From NCBI GenBank assembly GCA_052327205.1, contig CM126215.1, positions 107,694,001 to 107,758,000 of the forward strand: DNA of 64,000 nt, written 5' to 3'. Under the pieces are notes generated by a model. That model made no database searches. It saw only the letters and a program-made list of their open reading frames with translations, and was not told the origin of the DNA. This document shows, in pieces, positions 1-13,555 of the stretch. The stretch comes from Somniosus microcephalus (lineage: Eukaryota). Made by a program: the position numbers and the translations under genes. The first letter of the stretch is position 1, and every line of letters begins with the position of its first letter.

Positions 1-974
1 AATTCAGTACAGAATGAAATGATTGCTGAAGGTGGTAATTGCGCGGTCTCAATCAATCTTTGCATCTCACTAGCGGTATTATTCTCAGTATCACATCTCG
101 GTACAGCATTCCCAGCACAAAACTGACACATTCTCTCTCGGGCTCAAGTTCTCTCCCTACTGATTGCCACTGTCTACTAGCGCTGTTTACTGAACAGATT
201 ATCCATTCTTCTCACTGCCTATTGAGATGTTGCACTGGAAATCTGGATCGCAGCTGCCTCTGTTACAGGCCCCAGCTACTTCTCGAAAGTCTGGCACCAT
301 GCGACCCTGGGTATATTACCATAATAGAAAATGCAAATTAATTCTTCATAGGAAATGGCAGATGTTCAATTCCAGGAGAAGGCAGACTGCTCAGATGCCA
401 TCCAGTCTGAAATTGAAATAATGATTTTGTTGAAGGAAAGACTTAAACTTGACCCAGGGATTACAGATTCCCACTGCTTAACAGGTGAGACAAGTGAACA
501 ATTCAGAAAATTGGAAATGACATTAAAACTATAACAGTTCACTTTCACAGTTATGAATTCTTTTAACCCAGTAAAATGCAACTGCTGATTACTGTCCCGT
601 AATCAAATGGAAAATCCCACAAGCTCAACAGAGTAACCTACTAGGAAGAGTTTAAGAAGGACAGCTATATCTAACTTTACACAATGAAAGTGTCCCAGCT
701 ACTCGTATGACCTCTCTTGATTCTACATCTCATGGGTCATTGAGAGATTTGGCAAAGCATCATAATAATAGTGTGTATCAAACTGCATCACTGACCTATC
801 TCTGGTACCTCTCCACCTTCACGAAAGAAAGAGCTTACACTTTTAATAAGTAACATTTAATATCTTTTTCAGATTCAACAACAAACTACAAAAACAAAGC
901 AACTGATGTTATAAATGTAGACTAATATCCAGCCCAGTGTGTATAGGGTCAGCATCACAAAGCAGGGTGCAAAT

Positions 975-1143
975 ATTTCAGAGATCGATAGATTTTTGAA
1001 TATTAAGGGAATCAAGGGATATGGGAATAGTGCAGGAAAGTGGGGATGAGGTAGAAGATCAGCCATGATCCTACTGAATGGTGGAGCAGGCTCGAAAGGC
1101 CAAATGGCCGACTCCTGCTCCTGTTCCTTATGTTCTTATGTTC
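975..1143 (+). mobile_element. CR1 LINE 3' end fragment
   Basis: ORF2 C-terminal KGIKGYG-like coding, the CR1 3' module (AGCCATGATC...GGAGCAGGCTCG...GGCC.ACTCCTGCTCC) and a TTCTTATG tail, like the other CR1 ends in the window. Confidence 0.85.
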
Positions 1144-1629
1144 AATTAAATTTCAACACTAACCCTGCATCTCACAGCCATGCAACCTAATGAATGGGGA
1201 AAAAAGGGGGAAAACTTGTATGTATGGATTAAATTATGACATCTTTAGAGTATCTCCCACAAACAGCAAGTAATATCAATGACCAGTTAGTCTGTCTTTT
1301 GTTCAGAAAGGAATATTGGCCAGCATGCAAGGTCTGCTTTTCTTCAAGTAGTGTAACAGAATCTTTTACATCCACATGAACTACTGGATTAGGTAGTCTA
1401 ACTGTCACATTTAAACTTTTTTGCCTATATGTCCTGGAAGGGATTCATATTATTCTGTTACTATGAAGTTAATCTTAGTTCAGAAGGGGCGAATGCCCAG
1501 AAACACAAAAACTATCTGGATTTACTGGGGATGGAGGGATTATCTGGATTGCCAACCACCTCAGCATTATGTTTCTCATATACCATATCAGATTGAGACA
1601 ATTCCAGAGAAGTGTGCACCTATAATTAC

Positions 1630-2856
1630 ATAGGATTACACAGGTTATACGGCACAGAAACAGGCCATTCAGCCCAACCAGTCCATGCTGGCTTTTATGC
1701 TCCACTCGAGCCTCCTCCCATCTTTCCTCATCTAAATCTATCAGCATAACCTTCTATTCCCTTTTCCCTCATACGCTTGTCTAGCCTCCCCTTAAATGCA
1801 TCTATACTGTTTGCTTCAACCACTCCCTGTGGCAACGAGTTCCACATTCTCACCACTCTCTCGGTAAAGAAGTTTCTTCTGAATTCCCTATTGGATTTCT
1901 TGGTGACTATCTTATATTGATGGCCTCTAGTTATGTTCTTACCCATAAGTGGAACCACTCTCTCTGTATCCACTCTATCAAAACATTTCATAATTTTAAA
2001 GACCTCGATTAGGTTACGCCTCAGCCTTCTTTTTTCAAGAGGAAAGAGAGCCAGCTTGTTCATCCATTTCTGATAGGTATACCCTCGCATTTCTGGTATC
2101 ATCCTTGTAAATCTTATCTGCACCCTCACCAGTGCCTCTATATCCTTTTTATAATATGGCGACCAGAACTGTATGCAATACTCTAAGTGTGGTTTAACCA
2201 AGGTTCAATACAAGTTTAGCATAACTTCCCTACTTTTCAATTCTATCCCTCTAGAAATAAACACTAGTGCTTGGTTTGCTTTTTTAATGCCTTGCTAACC
2301 TGTGTCGCAACTTTTAGTGGTTTGTGTATTTATACTCCGAGATCCCTTTGCTCCTCTACCCCACCTAGACTCGCACCCTCCAAGTGATAAGTGACCTCCC
2401 TATTCTTCCTACCAAAATGTAATACCTCACATTTATCTGTGTTGAACTTCATTTGCCAATTATATGCCCATTCTGCAAGTTTATTAATGTCCTCCTGTAA
2501 TTTGTTGCAGTCCTCCTCAGTATTGACTATCCCCTCAATTTGGTGTCATCCGCAAATTTAGAAATTGTGTGTTTGATTCCAAAGTCTAAATCGTTAATGT
2601 AAATTGTGAACAGCAGTGGTCCCAGCACTGATCCTTGTGGAACACCACTACCCACCTTCTGCCACTGTGAATAGCTACCCTTTACTCCTACTCTCTGCTT
2701 TCTGTCCTGAAGCCAGCCAGCAATCCATTCTGCTACTTGTCCCCTGACTCCGCATTCTCTGACCTTGTTTATTAGTCTATTATGGGGTACCTTATCGAAG
2801 GCCTTTTGAAAATCCAGATAAATGACATCTACTGCATTACCATTGTCTACTCTCTC
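1630..2856 (-). mobile_element. 5'-truncated CR1 LINE (RT C-terminal half plus 3'UTR)
   Basis: ORF 1728..2201 (PHLEYCIQFWSP...RNFFTERVVRMWNSLP); upstream sequence encodes [22 protein letters not shown] and FADD; 3'UTR type shared with 11499-11850. Confidence 0.9.
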
Positions 2857-2864
2857 TATGTTGA

Positions 2865-5800
2865 GATGTCCTAGGGGGAGTGTTTGCTAGTGCTCTGGGG
2901 GAGGGTTTAAATTAAAATGGCAGGTGGTTGGGAACCTGAGCAGGGAGACACAGGAAAGTGAAACAAGGATAAAAGCAAAAGATAGGAAGGAGAAAAACAA
3001 AAGTGGCAGTCAGAGAAATCAGCGGTTTAAATCAAACATGGCTACAGTAAATAATAATTCTAAAAGGTCTAAGAGCGTTAAAAAAACAAGCCTGAAGGCT
3101 TTGTGTCTTAATGCGAGGAGCATTCGTAATAATGTGGATGAATTAGCTGCGCAAATAGAGGTAAACGAATATGATTTGATTGGGATTACAGAAACATGGC
3201 TCCAGGGTGGCAAGGCTGGGAACTCAACAGCCGGGGGTATTCAATATTCAGGAAAGATAGACAAAAAGAAAAAGGAGGTGGAGTAGCATTGCTAGTTAAA
3301 GAGGGGTTTAACACAATTGTAAGGAAGGATATTAGCTCTGATGATGTGGAATCTGTATGGGTAGAACTGAGAAATACCAAGGGGCAGAAAACGTTAGTGG
3401 GAGTGGTATATAGACCTCCAAACAGTAATGCGGAGGTTGGGGATGGCATTAAAAGGGAAATTAGAGAAGCGTGCAATAAGGGCACAGCAGTTATCATGGG
3501 TGACTTTAATCTACATAAAGATTGGGCTAACCAAATTAGTAACAATACTGTGGAGGAGGAATTCCTGGAGTGTATACAGGATGGTTTCCTGGACCAATAT
3601 GTCGAGGAACCAACTAGAGATCAGCCCATCTTAGACTGGGTATTGTGTAATGAGAAAGGATTAATTAGCAATCTTGTTGTGCGAGGCCCCTTGGGTCGGA
3701 GCAATCATAATATGATAGAATTCTTCATTCAGATGGAGAGTGAAGTAGTTGACTCAGAGACTAGGGTCCTGAATTTAAATAAAGGAAACTATGATGGTAT
3801 GAGGCGTGAGTTGAGTAGGATTGATTGGCAAATGTCACTCAAAGGGTTGACGGTGGATAGGCAATGGCAAACATTCAAAGACCGCATGGATGAACTACAG
3901 AGTTTGTTCATCCCAGTTTGGCATATAAATAAAATGAAAAAGGTGACTCAACTGTGGCTAACAAGGGAAATTAGGGATAGCATAAGATCCAAGGAGAGGA
4001 CATACAAATTGGCCAGAAAAAGCAGTAAACCTGAGCATTGGGAGCAGTTTAGGATTCAACAAAGGAGGACAAAGGGATTAATTAAGAAGGGGAAAATAGA
4101 GTATGAGAGAAAGATTTCAGGGAACATAAAAACTGACTGTAAAAGCTTTTATAGATATGTGAAGAGAAAAAGATTGGTGAAGTCAAGTGTAGGTCACTTG
4201 CAGTCAGAATCAGGGTAATTTATAATGGGGAACAAAGAAATGGTAGACCAATTAAATACATATTTTGGTTCTATCTTCACAAAGGATGACACAAATAACC
4301 TCCCAGAGATGTCGGGGAACATAGGGTCTGATGAAAGGGAGGAACTGAAAGAAATCAGTATTTGTAGGGAAATGGTGTTAGGGAAATTGACGGGATTGAA
4401 GGCCGATAAATCCCCAGGGCCTGATAATCTACATTCTAGGGTACTTAAGGAAATGGCCCTAGAAATAGTAGATGCATTGCTGATCATCTTCCAACATTCG
4501 ATAGAATCTGGAACAGTACTCATGGATTGGAGAGTAGCTAATGTTACCTCACTATTCAAAAAAGATGGTAGAGAGAAAACGGGGAATTACAGAATGGTAA
4601 GCCTGACATCGGTAGTGGGGGAAATGCTAGAGTCCATTATAAAAGATGTAATAGCAGAGCACTTGGAAAACAGTGACAGGATCGGACAAAGTCAACATGG
4701 ATTTACAAAAGGTAAATCGTGTTTGACTAATCTACTGGAATTTTTTGAGGATGTAACTGGTAAAATAGATAAGGGAGAATCAGTGGATGTGGTGTATTTG
4801 GACTTTCAGAAGGCTTTCGATAAGGTCCCGCATAAGAGATTAGCATGTAAAGTTAAGGCACATGGGATTGGGGGCAAGGTATTGATTTGGATAGAGAACT
4901 GGTTGGCAGACAGAAAGCAAAGAGTTGGAATAAACGGGTCTTTTTCCGAGTGGCAGGCAGTGACTAGTGGGGTACCGCAGGGATCAGTCCTTGGACCCCA
5001 GCTATTCACAATATATATTAATGATCTAGACGAGGGAACTAGATGTAATGGCCTAGAAATTCACTATGGCCCCGCCAGCTGGCTAGCGCCCAAAAGTTAG
5101 CGCTGGGCGCGGAGCCAGTTGCGACCATCAGAAATTCAGTTTTTGCGCCCCAAGTCGGAACCGGGCGCTATTCCAGGGTGTGCCCGCCCCCGCTTGGGGC
5201 GCTGAAGCTGAATTTCAGCGCTGTAGGCGCCGCTGCGCCACCCGCTGCGGAGCGGCAGGCTGCGGTACTGCAGGCCTCCTCCTTCTCTTAAGGGGGAGGT
5301 GCCTGCAATGGGGAGATCGCCGCTGGATAGTGCCGGCAAATGAGCCCGGCACCACGGAGAAGTGCCGGGTTCACGGAAAGCAGCCAGCAATGCCGCGGGG
5401 GGGGTGGTGGAGGAGGCCGGGGAAGGAGGTGCGGGCAGGCGGCCGCCGAAAAAGCGGCCGGCCGCACCTCCACCTTAAAGCGCCCCACTAAGGCTACAGT
5501 ACGGCCCCGTTTTCTGGTCGCTGTTTGCGGCCGCTGCGGAAGAGGCGGCCGCAAATCAATATGGGGGTCGGGCCGGTAGCGGGGCACTGCGCACACCGAT
5601 GACGTCATCGGTGCCGGCGCAGCGCTAACGGCTACCGTCGCTATTACCACTGCGCTGAATATCAGCGCAAACTCCTCTATTGGCGCAGAAGCCCTCTTTG
5701 GGCAGTAACTGGCTGCAAAGCTGGCAGCGCCTTACTGAATTTCTAGGCCAATATCTCCAAGTTTGCAGATGACACAAAGCTGGGTGTGCATGTGTGCTGT

Positions 5801-6710
5801 GAGGAGGATGCCGAGAAACTCCAGTATGATTTGGACAAGTTGGATGCTTGGGCAGAAGCATGGCAGATGCAATATAACGTGGATAAATACAAGGTTATCC
5901 ACTATGGCATCAAAAACAGGAAGGCAGATTATTATCTGAATGGCAATAGATTGGGAGAAGGGGAAGTGCAATGAGACCTGGGTGTCCTTGTGCACCAGTC
6001 ACTGAAGGTAAGCATGCAGGTGCAGCAGGCAGTTAAGAAGGCAAATGGTATGTTGGCCTTTGTAGAAAGAGGGTTGGAGTACAGGAACAAGGATGTCTTG
6101 CTGCAGTTGTACAGGGCCTTGGTGAGACCACATCTTGAGTATTGTGTGCAGTTTTTGTCGCCTTATCTGAGGAAGGATGTTCTTGCCATGGAGGGAGTGC
6201 AGCAAAGATTCACCAGGCTGATACCTGGGATGGCAGGAATGGCGTATGAGGAGAGATTGGGTCGATTGGGGTAATACTCATTGGAGTTTAGAAGAATGAG
6301 AGGGGATCTCATTGAAACTTATACAATTCTGACAGGACTGGACAGACTAGATGCAGGAAGGATGTTCCTGATGGTCGGGGAGTCCAGAACCAGAGGTCAC
6401 AGTCTAAGGATAAGGGGTGGGCCATTTAGGACAGAGATGAGGAGTAATTTCTTCACCCAGAGAGTGGTGAACCTGTGGAATTCTCTACCACAGAAGGCAG
6501 TAGAGGCCAATTCATTAAATATATTCAAGAAGGAGTTGGATATATTTCTTAAGGCTAAAGGGATCAAGGGATATGGGGAGAAAGCAGGGACAGGGTACTG
6601 AATTTGGATGATCAACCATGATCTCATTAAATGACGGAGCATGCTCGAGGGGCCGAATGGCCTACTCCTGCTCCTATCTTCTATGTTTCTATGTTTCTAT
6701 GTTTCTATGT
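2865..6710 (+). mobile_element. CR1 LINE subfamily A, from ORF1 end to 3' tail; decayed and interrupted by a MITE
   Basis: ORF1 end [16 protein letters not shown]; APE endonuclease (NARSIRN, ITETW, GDFN); RT ([21 protein letters not shown] split by the insertion); (CTATGTTT)n tail; several stops/frameshifts. Confidence 0.95.
5050..5749. mobile_element. PIF/Harbinger MITE (700 bp) inserted in CR1 RT
   Basis: TIRs GGCCTAGAAATTCA / TGAATTTCTAGGCC; 3-bp TSD AAT (5047-5049, 5750-5752); removal restores GATGTAATATCTCC as in other copies; non-coding, GC/CpG-rich. Confidence 0.95.
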
Positions 6711-7309
6711 TACATTCATTGAGCACAGCAGGAGACCTAGCTAAACAGGTAATGTAGTTACCATGGATCCTACACCAAGAAGGGGATGGAAGTTTATTAT
6801 TCAAGATAATGTTTGACTTCCTCTCTCACAGGAAGACTCAGTCTGAGCAGTCAGAGATGATTTGCTTTCTTAATTGGTCTGAGTCAATTCAGTGATGATG
6901 ACTTGTAAAGTGAAGTAAGGCCAAATAAAAACATGTATAGTTTATTATTTTCCATGTTATGAGATGCAATAGGAAACAGACAAATCTCATTGTACAACTG
7001 GTACTCTGCTCACTTATATATTGTATGTAAAAGAAATCAGTTTATAGGTTTAGAATTAGCCTTGCCTTACTAGAGCGTTTGTCATTTCGCTTCCAAAAGA
7101 TATGAGAACTGGAAGTAGTATTTGTATGTGAACGATTACAGCATCCAGTACACACAATGAAGGATCTTATTGTTATAGCCCCTGGGTCACACTATTGTTT
7201 AACTTGATATTGGACCTTAAAAGTGTCCTCCTAATTATATTGCTTATGAAAGTGACTGGTGACAGTAAACCCAAGAGAATATCTAGTACAGACTTGAAAT
7301 TTATAACAC

Positions 7310-7450
7310 TCAACATTTCATCTGAAAAACCACTCCTCCAGTAATGCAGACGTCCCTCGGTGCTGCACTGAAGTATCGGCATGATAATGTGCTCAAATCC
7401 TAGAGTGGGGCTTAATCCTTCTGACATTTGGCTTAAAAAGGTAAAAAGAT
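7310..7450 (-). mobile_element. Degraded tRNA-derived Deu-type SINE fragment
   Basis: Reverse complement resembles the head/body of the SINE at 38875-39295 (CAGTGCAGCAC.GAGGGA...CTGCATT). Confidence 0.5.
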
Positions 7451-7684
7451 GCTTTACACTGCAATGTCCGCCCCACGGTTTACTCACTAAACATCACCAT
7501 AACTTCTTAGCTCCCTCACCCAAAAAGTGAGCTTAATTGGAATACTTATGCATTAAGCATATGTCATTAGACATATGTGTGGGTCAGAGATTGCGTTATA
7601 ATACTAGTCCTGATTCTGTTTGCTGCTGCTGAGGCTCCACCCCAGGAGTGTAGCCCTGTGGAATTATACCTAATATCTTATTCT

Positions 7685-10600
7685 TTGAAAGTTCTCTATC
7701 TGAATGCACGTAGCATTCGTAACAAAATAGACGAGTTAATGGCACAAATAACTACATATGGGTATGATCTTGTGGCCATTACAGAAACATGGCTGCAGGG
7801 TGACAATGCCTGGGAATTAAACATACCAGGTTATTTAACGATCAGGAAGGACAGGCAGGAAGGAAGGGGAGGTGGCGTGGCTATGTTAATAAAGGAAGGA
7901 ATCACTGTAATACAGAGAAATGATACTGGGTCAAAAGATCAGGATAATGAAACAGTTTGGGTGGAGGTAAGGAATAATAAGGGGAAAAAAACACTAGTGG
8001 GCGTAGTCTATAGGCCTCAGAACAGTGGCAACTCTGTTGGACGGAGTATCAATCAGGAAATAGTTGAGGCTTGTAATAAGGGAGCATCTATAATTATGGG
8101 GGATTTTAACTATCATATTAATTGGACAAATCAAATTGGGCAGGGCTGCCTTGAGGATGAGTTCATTGAGTGTATTAGGGGTGGGTTTCTTGAGCAGTAT
8201 GTAACTGAACCGACCAGGGGGCAAGCAACCTTAGATCTGGTCTTGTGTAACGAGACAGGATTAATTAAAAATGTCCTAGTAAAGGATCCCCTTGGAATGA
8301 GTGACCATAACATGGTTGAATTCCATATTCAATTAGAGGGCGAGAAGGTTGGATCGCAAACAAGCGTGCTAAGCTTGAATAAAGGAGACTATGAAGGTAT
8401 GAGAGCGGAATTGAGTAGAGTGGATTGGGAAAATAGATTAAAGGGTAAGACGATACATGATCAGTGGTGTACATTTAAGGAGTTATTTTACAACTTCCAA
8501 AAAATATATATTCCACTGAGAAGAAAAGGGTGTAAAAGAAAAGACAGCCATCCGTGGCTAAGTAAAGAAATTAAGGATAGTATTCGACTAAAAACAGGGG
8601 CATACAAGGTAGCCAAATCTAGTGGGAGGATAGAGGATTGGGAAAACTTTAAAAGACAGCAAAAAATAACAAAAAGATTGATTAAGAAAGGGAAAATAGA
8701 TTATGAAAGTAAATTAGCAAAAAATATAAAAACAGATAGTAAGAGTTTTTATAGTTATATAAAAAGAAAAAGGGTGGCTAAAGTAAATGTTGGTCCCTTA
8801 GAGGATGAGACCAGGAAATGAATGGTGGGAAATATGGAGATGGCAAAAACACTGAATGAATATTTTGTATCAGTCTTTACAGTAGAAGACACTAAGAATA
8901 TCCCAACACTGGACAAACAGGGGGCTATAGGGGGGGAGGAGCTAAACACGATCAAAATCACTAAGGAAGTGGTACTCGGTAAAATAATGGGACTCAAGGC
9001 GGATAAATCACCTGGACCTGATGGCTTACATCCTAGGGTCTTGAGGGAAGTGGTGGTAGGGATTGTGGATGCATTGGTAATAATTTTCCAAAACTCCCTG
9101 GACTCAGCAAAGGTCCCGGCAGACTGGAAAACTGCTAATGTAACGCCCTTATTTAAAAAGGGCAGTAGACAGAAGGCTGGAAACTATAGACCGGTTCGCC
9201 TAACATCTGTGGTAGGTAAAATATTGGAGTCCATTATTAAGGAGACAGTAACAGGACATTTGGATAATCATAATTTAATAGGACAAAGTCAGCATGGTTT
9301 TATGAAGGGGAAGTCATGTTTGACAAATTTGCTGGAGTTCTTTGAGGAAGTAACATATAGGGTGGATAAAGGGGAACCAGTGGACGTAGTGTATTTAGAC
9401 TTCCAAAAGGCATTTGACAAGGTGCCACACAAAAGATTATTGCTTAAGATAAAAAATCACGGGATTGGGGGCAATATTCTGGCATGGATAGAGGATTGGC
9501 TATCTAACAGAAGGCAGAGAGTTGGGATAAATGGTTCATTCTCGGGCTGGCAATCAGTAACTAGTGGTGTTCCACAGGGGTCAGTGCTGGGTCCCCAACT
9601 CTTTACAATCTATATTAACGATTTGGAGGAGGGGACCGAGTGTAACATATCAAAGTTTGCAGATGATACTGTGGCGTTGCCACATTGGGGAAACACTGTG
9701 TGTATGTAGATAAACCTGTATAATCCCCTTTTAACTGCTGTATTCCCCTCCCCCCGCAAGACAGTTGCAAGCTGAGAGGAATAAGGCACGTTCAGACTTG
9801 CCTGCAGCTGATAGAAGGAAAACCAATCAGGTTCCAGCAGGTGACCAATCCGTGAGTCATCACAGGTTCGCGGGCTTCACGAATTCAGTACTGTATTGTG
9901 AGAGTTGGAGTAAAGACCTATTTCTTGTAGCTCGCTGGGTTGCCTATTTCTTTACGCGGGAGACCGTAGCCCCCCACAATACTAAGATGGGAAGGAAAGT
10001 AGTGAGTGAGGAGGACATAAAAAACCTGCAAGGGGACATAGACAGGCTAAGTAAGTGGGCAGAGATTTGGCAGATGGAATGCAATATTGGAAAGTGTGAG
10101 GTTATGCACTTTGGCAGGAAAAATCATAGAGCAAGTTATTATCTTAATGGTAAGAAACTGGAAAGTACTGAAGTACAAAGGGATCTGGGGGTCCTGGTGC
10201 ACGAAACTCAAAAGGTTAGTATGCAGGTGCAGCAAGTGATTAAGAAGGCCAATGGAATGTTGGCTTTCATTGCTAGGGCGATAGAATATAAAAATAGGGA
10301 GGTATTGCTTCAAGTTGTACAAGGTATTGGTGAGACCGCACCTGGAATACTGCATACAGTTTTGGTGTCCATACTTAAGAAAAGACATACTTGCTCTCGA
10401 GTCAGTACAAAGAAGGTTCACTCGGTTAATCCCGGGGATGAGGGGATGGACATATGAGGAGAGGTTGAGTAGATTGGGACTCTACTCATTGGAGTTCAGA
10501 AGAATGAGAGGCGATCTTATTGAAACATATAAGATTGTGAAGGGGTTGGATCGGGTGGATGCGGGGAGGATGTTCCCGATGATGGGTGAAACTAGAACTA

Positions 10601-11042
10601 GGGGGCATAGTCTTAGAATAAGGGGCTGCTCTTTCAAAACTGAGATGAGGAGGAACTACTTCACTCAGAGGGTGGTAGGTCCATGGAATATGCTGCCCCA
10701 AAAAGCTGTCGGAGCTACATCATTACATAAATTTAAAACAGAAATAGACAGTTTCCTAGAAGTAAAGGGAATAAAGGGTTACGGGGAGCGGGCAGGAATT
10801 TGGACATGAGTCTAGGTTCAGATCGGTCATGGCCCTGTGGGTAGCGGAGCGGGCCCAGGGGCCGTGTAGCCTGATCCTGCTCCTATTTCGTGTGTCTAAT
10901 TCTGTTAGATTCAGGAGATGGTTCTGTGATAGTAGATTGGCGGTTAGGATCAGATCAGCCATGATCTTATTGAATGGCGGAGCAGGCTCGAAGGGCTGAT
11001 TGGCCTACTCCTGCTCCTATTTCTTATGTTCTTATGTTCTTA
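7685..11042 (+). mobile_element. CR1 LINE subfamily B, ORF2 plus 3'UTR; decayed and interrupted by a solo LTR
   Basis: Endonuclease LKVLYLNARSIRN...SDHN; RT ORFs 8822..9709 and 10315..10809; (TTCTTATG)n tail; nearly identical to the minus copy 42325-44408. Confidence 0.95.
9670..9978. mobile_element. Solo LTR (309 bp), probably Gypsy-type
   Basis: TGTGG...CCACA termini; 4-bp TSD ATAC (9666-9669, 9979-9982); removal restores GATGATACTAAGATG; AGTAAA polyA-like signal near 9910. Confidence 0.85.
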
Positions 11043-11498
11043 TTATAAACTTATTTTGTGCAGTGGAACTGCTGATAGCTCTTAGCAACTTAATTGCATA
11101 AGCAATAAGCAGATGGCTGGTTGTGGTCTTGGCTGGAAATAGCGGGGGTCATTTATACAGTTCATAGTTGGATTCATTCAGTCTATAAGTATTATATTAC
11201 ATCACTAGCTTGAGCTATGCTGTACTTTGTTCCTGAAGCAGTAACATAATGAAAGTTGCCTCATGTGAATATTGCTCAAAGGTATTAGTATTTGATCCAA
11301 AATGGATCCTCATTCTGATTATTCAATTGGGTTAAGGTGCCCATTTGAGTTACTTTTTAGATCATTTAAATTATTTTGGAACCGATTACCACAAAATTAC
11401 TTTGACACCTCCAGGCAGAAATCTAGCCGCAAACTTTGTTATTAGCAGCAGAATTTACAACTCTGGAGGTAATGTACAAACCATATGTAAAGTAACAT

Positions 11499-11850
11499 AT
11501 GCATAGGGTAGACATAGAGAAGATGTTTCCACTTATGAGGGAGTCCAAAACTAGGGGCCGTAAATATAAGATAGTCATTAATAAATCCAACAAGGAATTC
11601 AGGAGAAATCTCTTTACTCAGAGAGTGGTGAGAATGTGGAACTTGCTAATGTATGGAGTGGTTGAAGCAATTAGCTTAGATGCATTTAAGAGGAAGCTAA
11701 ATAAATACATGAGAGAGAAGGGAATAGAAGGATATGTTGATAGGATGAGATGAAGTAAGGTGGGAGGAGGCTCGTGTGGAGCATAAACACTGGCACGGAC
11801 CTGTTGGGCCGAATGGCCTGTTTCTGTGCTGTAAAATTCTATGGAATTTA
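11499..11850 (+). mobile_element. CR1 LINE 3' fragment
   Basis: ORF 11499..11753 (RNLFTQRVVRMWN...KGIEGY) followed by the CR1 3' hairpin module. Confidence 0.85.
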
Positions 11851-13555
11851 TACTATGGGGAAGTTTGCACAGCAGCAAAATCCACGTTAAAACAAAAATG
11901 CATATCGTCTCCAATACACAGTAGACGGGGATTCCAGGTATGCTTCACGGGGATGTATGGGAAAAGTGTGAGCTCTTCAGCTGATCAGCTACAAAAGGGC
12001 CTCCTCCAATGGCAAATTGTTTTAGATTTATGTTGCTGTCGGATGAGGTGCTGCCATTGGAAACGTAGGCTCTTATGGTGGCATGTGCCACGTTCCTGAC
12101 ATTGCCAGCTTTCCGTCAGATTCAGACCTGCTGTTAAACAAGCTATCAGAAATATTAAATAATTCTGTTTAAATTGTTCAACGAGTTGTGACTTGGGAAT
12201 TGCAAGAAATTAGTGTGTATAAAGGGGTGTATAAAGGGGTTGTTGTTGACAGAGCACGCAAAGTGTCCCTGGATATCACGTTTGATCAGTTGGTCACACC
12301 GCAGGCAAAGGTTGGACAGGCAGAAAGGGAACGGGTGACCAACAGACAGAGTATTAGGCACAGGCAGGTAGTGCAGGGGTCCCCGGTGGACATCCCCCTC
12401 TCAAACAGATACACCACTTTGAGTACTGTTGGGGGGGATGGCTTATCAGAGGAAGGCAGCAGCAGCCAACTTCCTGGCACCAGGGGTGGCTCTGCTGCAC
12501 AGGACAGGAGGAAAAAGAGGGGTAGAGCTATAGTAATAGGGGATTCAATTGTAAGGGGAATAGATAGGCGTTTCTGCGGCCGCAAACGAGACTCCAGGAT
12601 GGTGTGTTGCCTCCCTGGTGCAAGGGTCAAGTTTGTCTCTGAGCAGCTGCAGCACATCTTGGAAGGGGAGGGTGAACAGCCAGTTGTTGTGGTGCATAGA
12701 GGTACCAACGATATAGGTAAAAAACAGGATGAGGTCGTAAAAGCTGAATATAGGGAGTTAGGAGGTAAATTAAAAATAGGACCTCAAAGGTAGTAATCTC
12801 AGGATTGCTACCAGTGCCACGTGCGAGTCAGGAAAGAAATAGAAGGATATTTCAGATGAAAACGTGTCGAGAGGAATGGTGCGAGGGGGAGTGATTCAAG
12901 TCCCTGGGACATTGGAACCGGTTCTGGGGGAGGTGGGACCAGTTCAAACCGGATGGTTTGCACCTGGGCAGGGCCGGGACCAATGTCCTAGGGGGAGTGT
13001 TTGCTAGTGCTCTGGGGGAGGGTTTAAACTAAAATGGCAGGGGGTTGGGAACCTGAGCAGGGGGACAGAGGAAAGGGAAACAAGGATAAAAGCAAAAGAT
13101 AGGAAGGAGAAAAACAAAAGTGGCAGTCAGAGAAATCAACGGTTTAAATCAAACATGGCCACAGTAAATAATAATTCTAAAAGGTCTAAGAGCGTTAAAA
13201 AAACAAGCCTGAGGGCTTTGGCCTAGAAATTCAGTATCGCCACATTTGGGGTGCTACTGCCGAGTGGTCGCTAAATTTAGCGCCCGGCGCAACTTCGCGC
13301 CACCTTCGTCGAAATTGAGTTGCATCACACCAAGAGGTTGCTGCTGCGCTAAAGCAGGTGGTGCATGACTATCATAAGGTGCTAAGCCAGCGAGCCGAGG
13401 CGCAGCGCAGGTGTGGCGAGTTATCGTTTGCAAGCAGACACGCTGGCGCCGGTCAGCTCTTAAAGGGGGAAGGTCGAATTGGTTTGCAGCCACGCCCTGC
13501 ACACTGCAGTCCTGAATCTAGGCCTGGACAGACCTGCTTCGACAACGCCACGCCC

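Noticed and set aside
39-581. Short ORFs at the window start and other 60-120 aa ORFs in unique DNA as host exons
   Set aside because: No recognisable domains, no consistent splice-site pairs, and lengths expected by chance.
1630-2915. Head-to-head CR1 pieces as a twin-priming 5' inversion
   Set aside because: The two pieces are different subfamilies with different 3'UTRs and cover the same RT region, so they are independent insertions or a deletion junction.
5136-5650. Overlapping GC-rich ORFs in MITEs (also 15822-16398, 35039-35726, 30463-30976, 52738-53375)
   Set aside because: They lie wholly within TIR/TSD-bounded non-autonomous elements; they reflect stop-codon scarcity in GC-rich DNA, show no domain motifs, and frames are not kept between copies.
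7577-7684. Signal-peptide-like N-terminus on ORF 7577..8821
   Set aside because: Chance in-frame extension from flanking DNA into a 5'-truncated CR1 endonuclease; it starts at a non-ATG codon.
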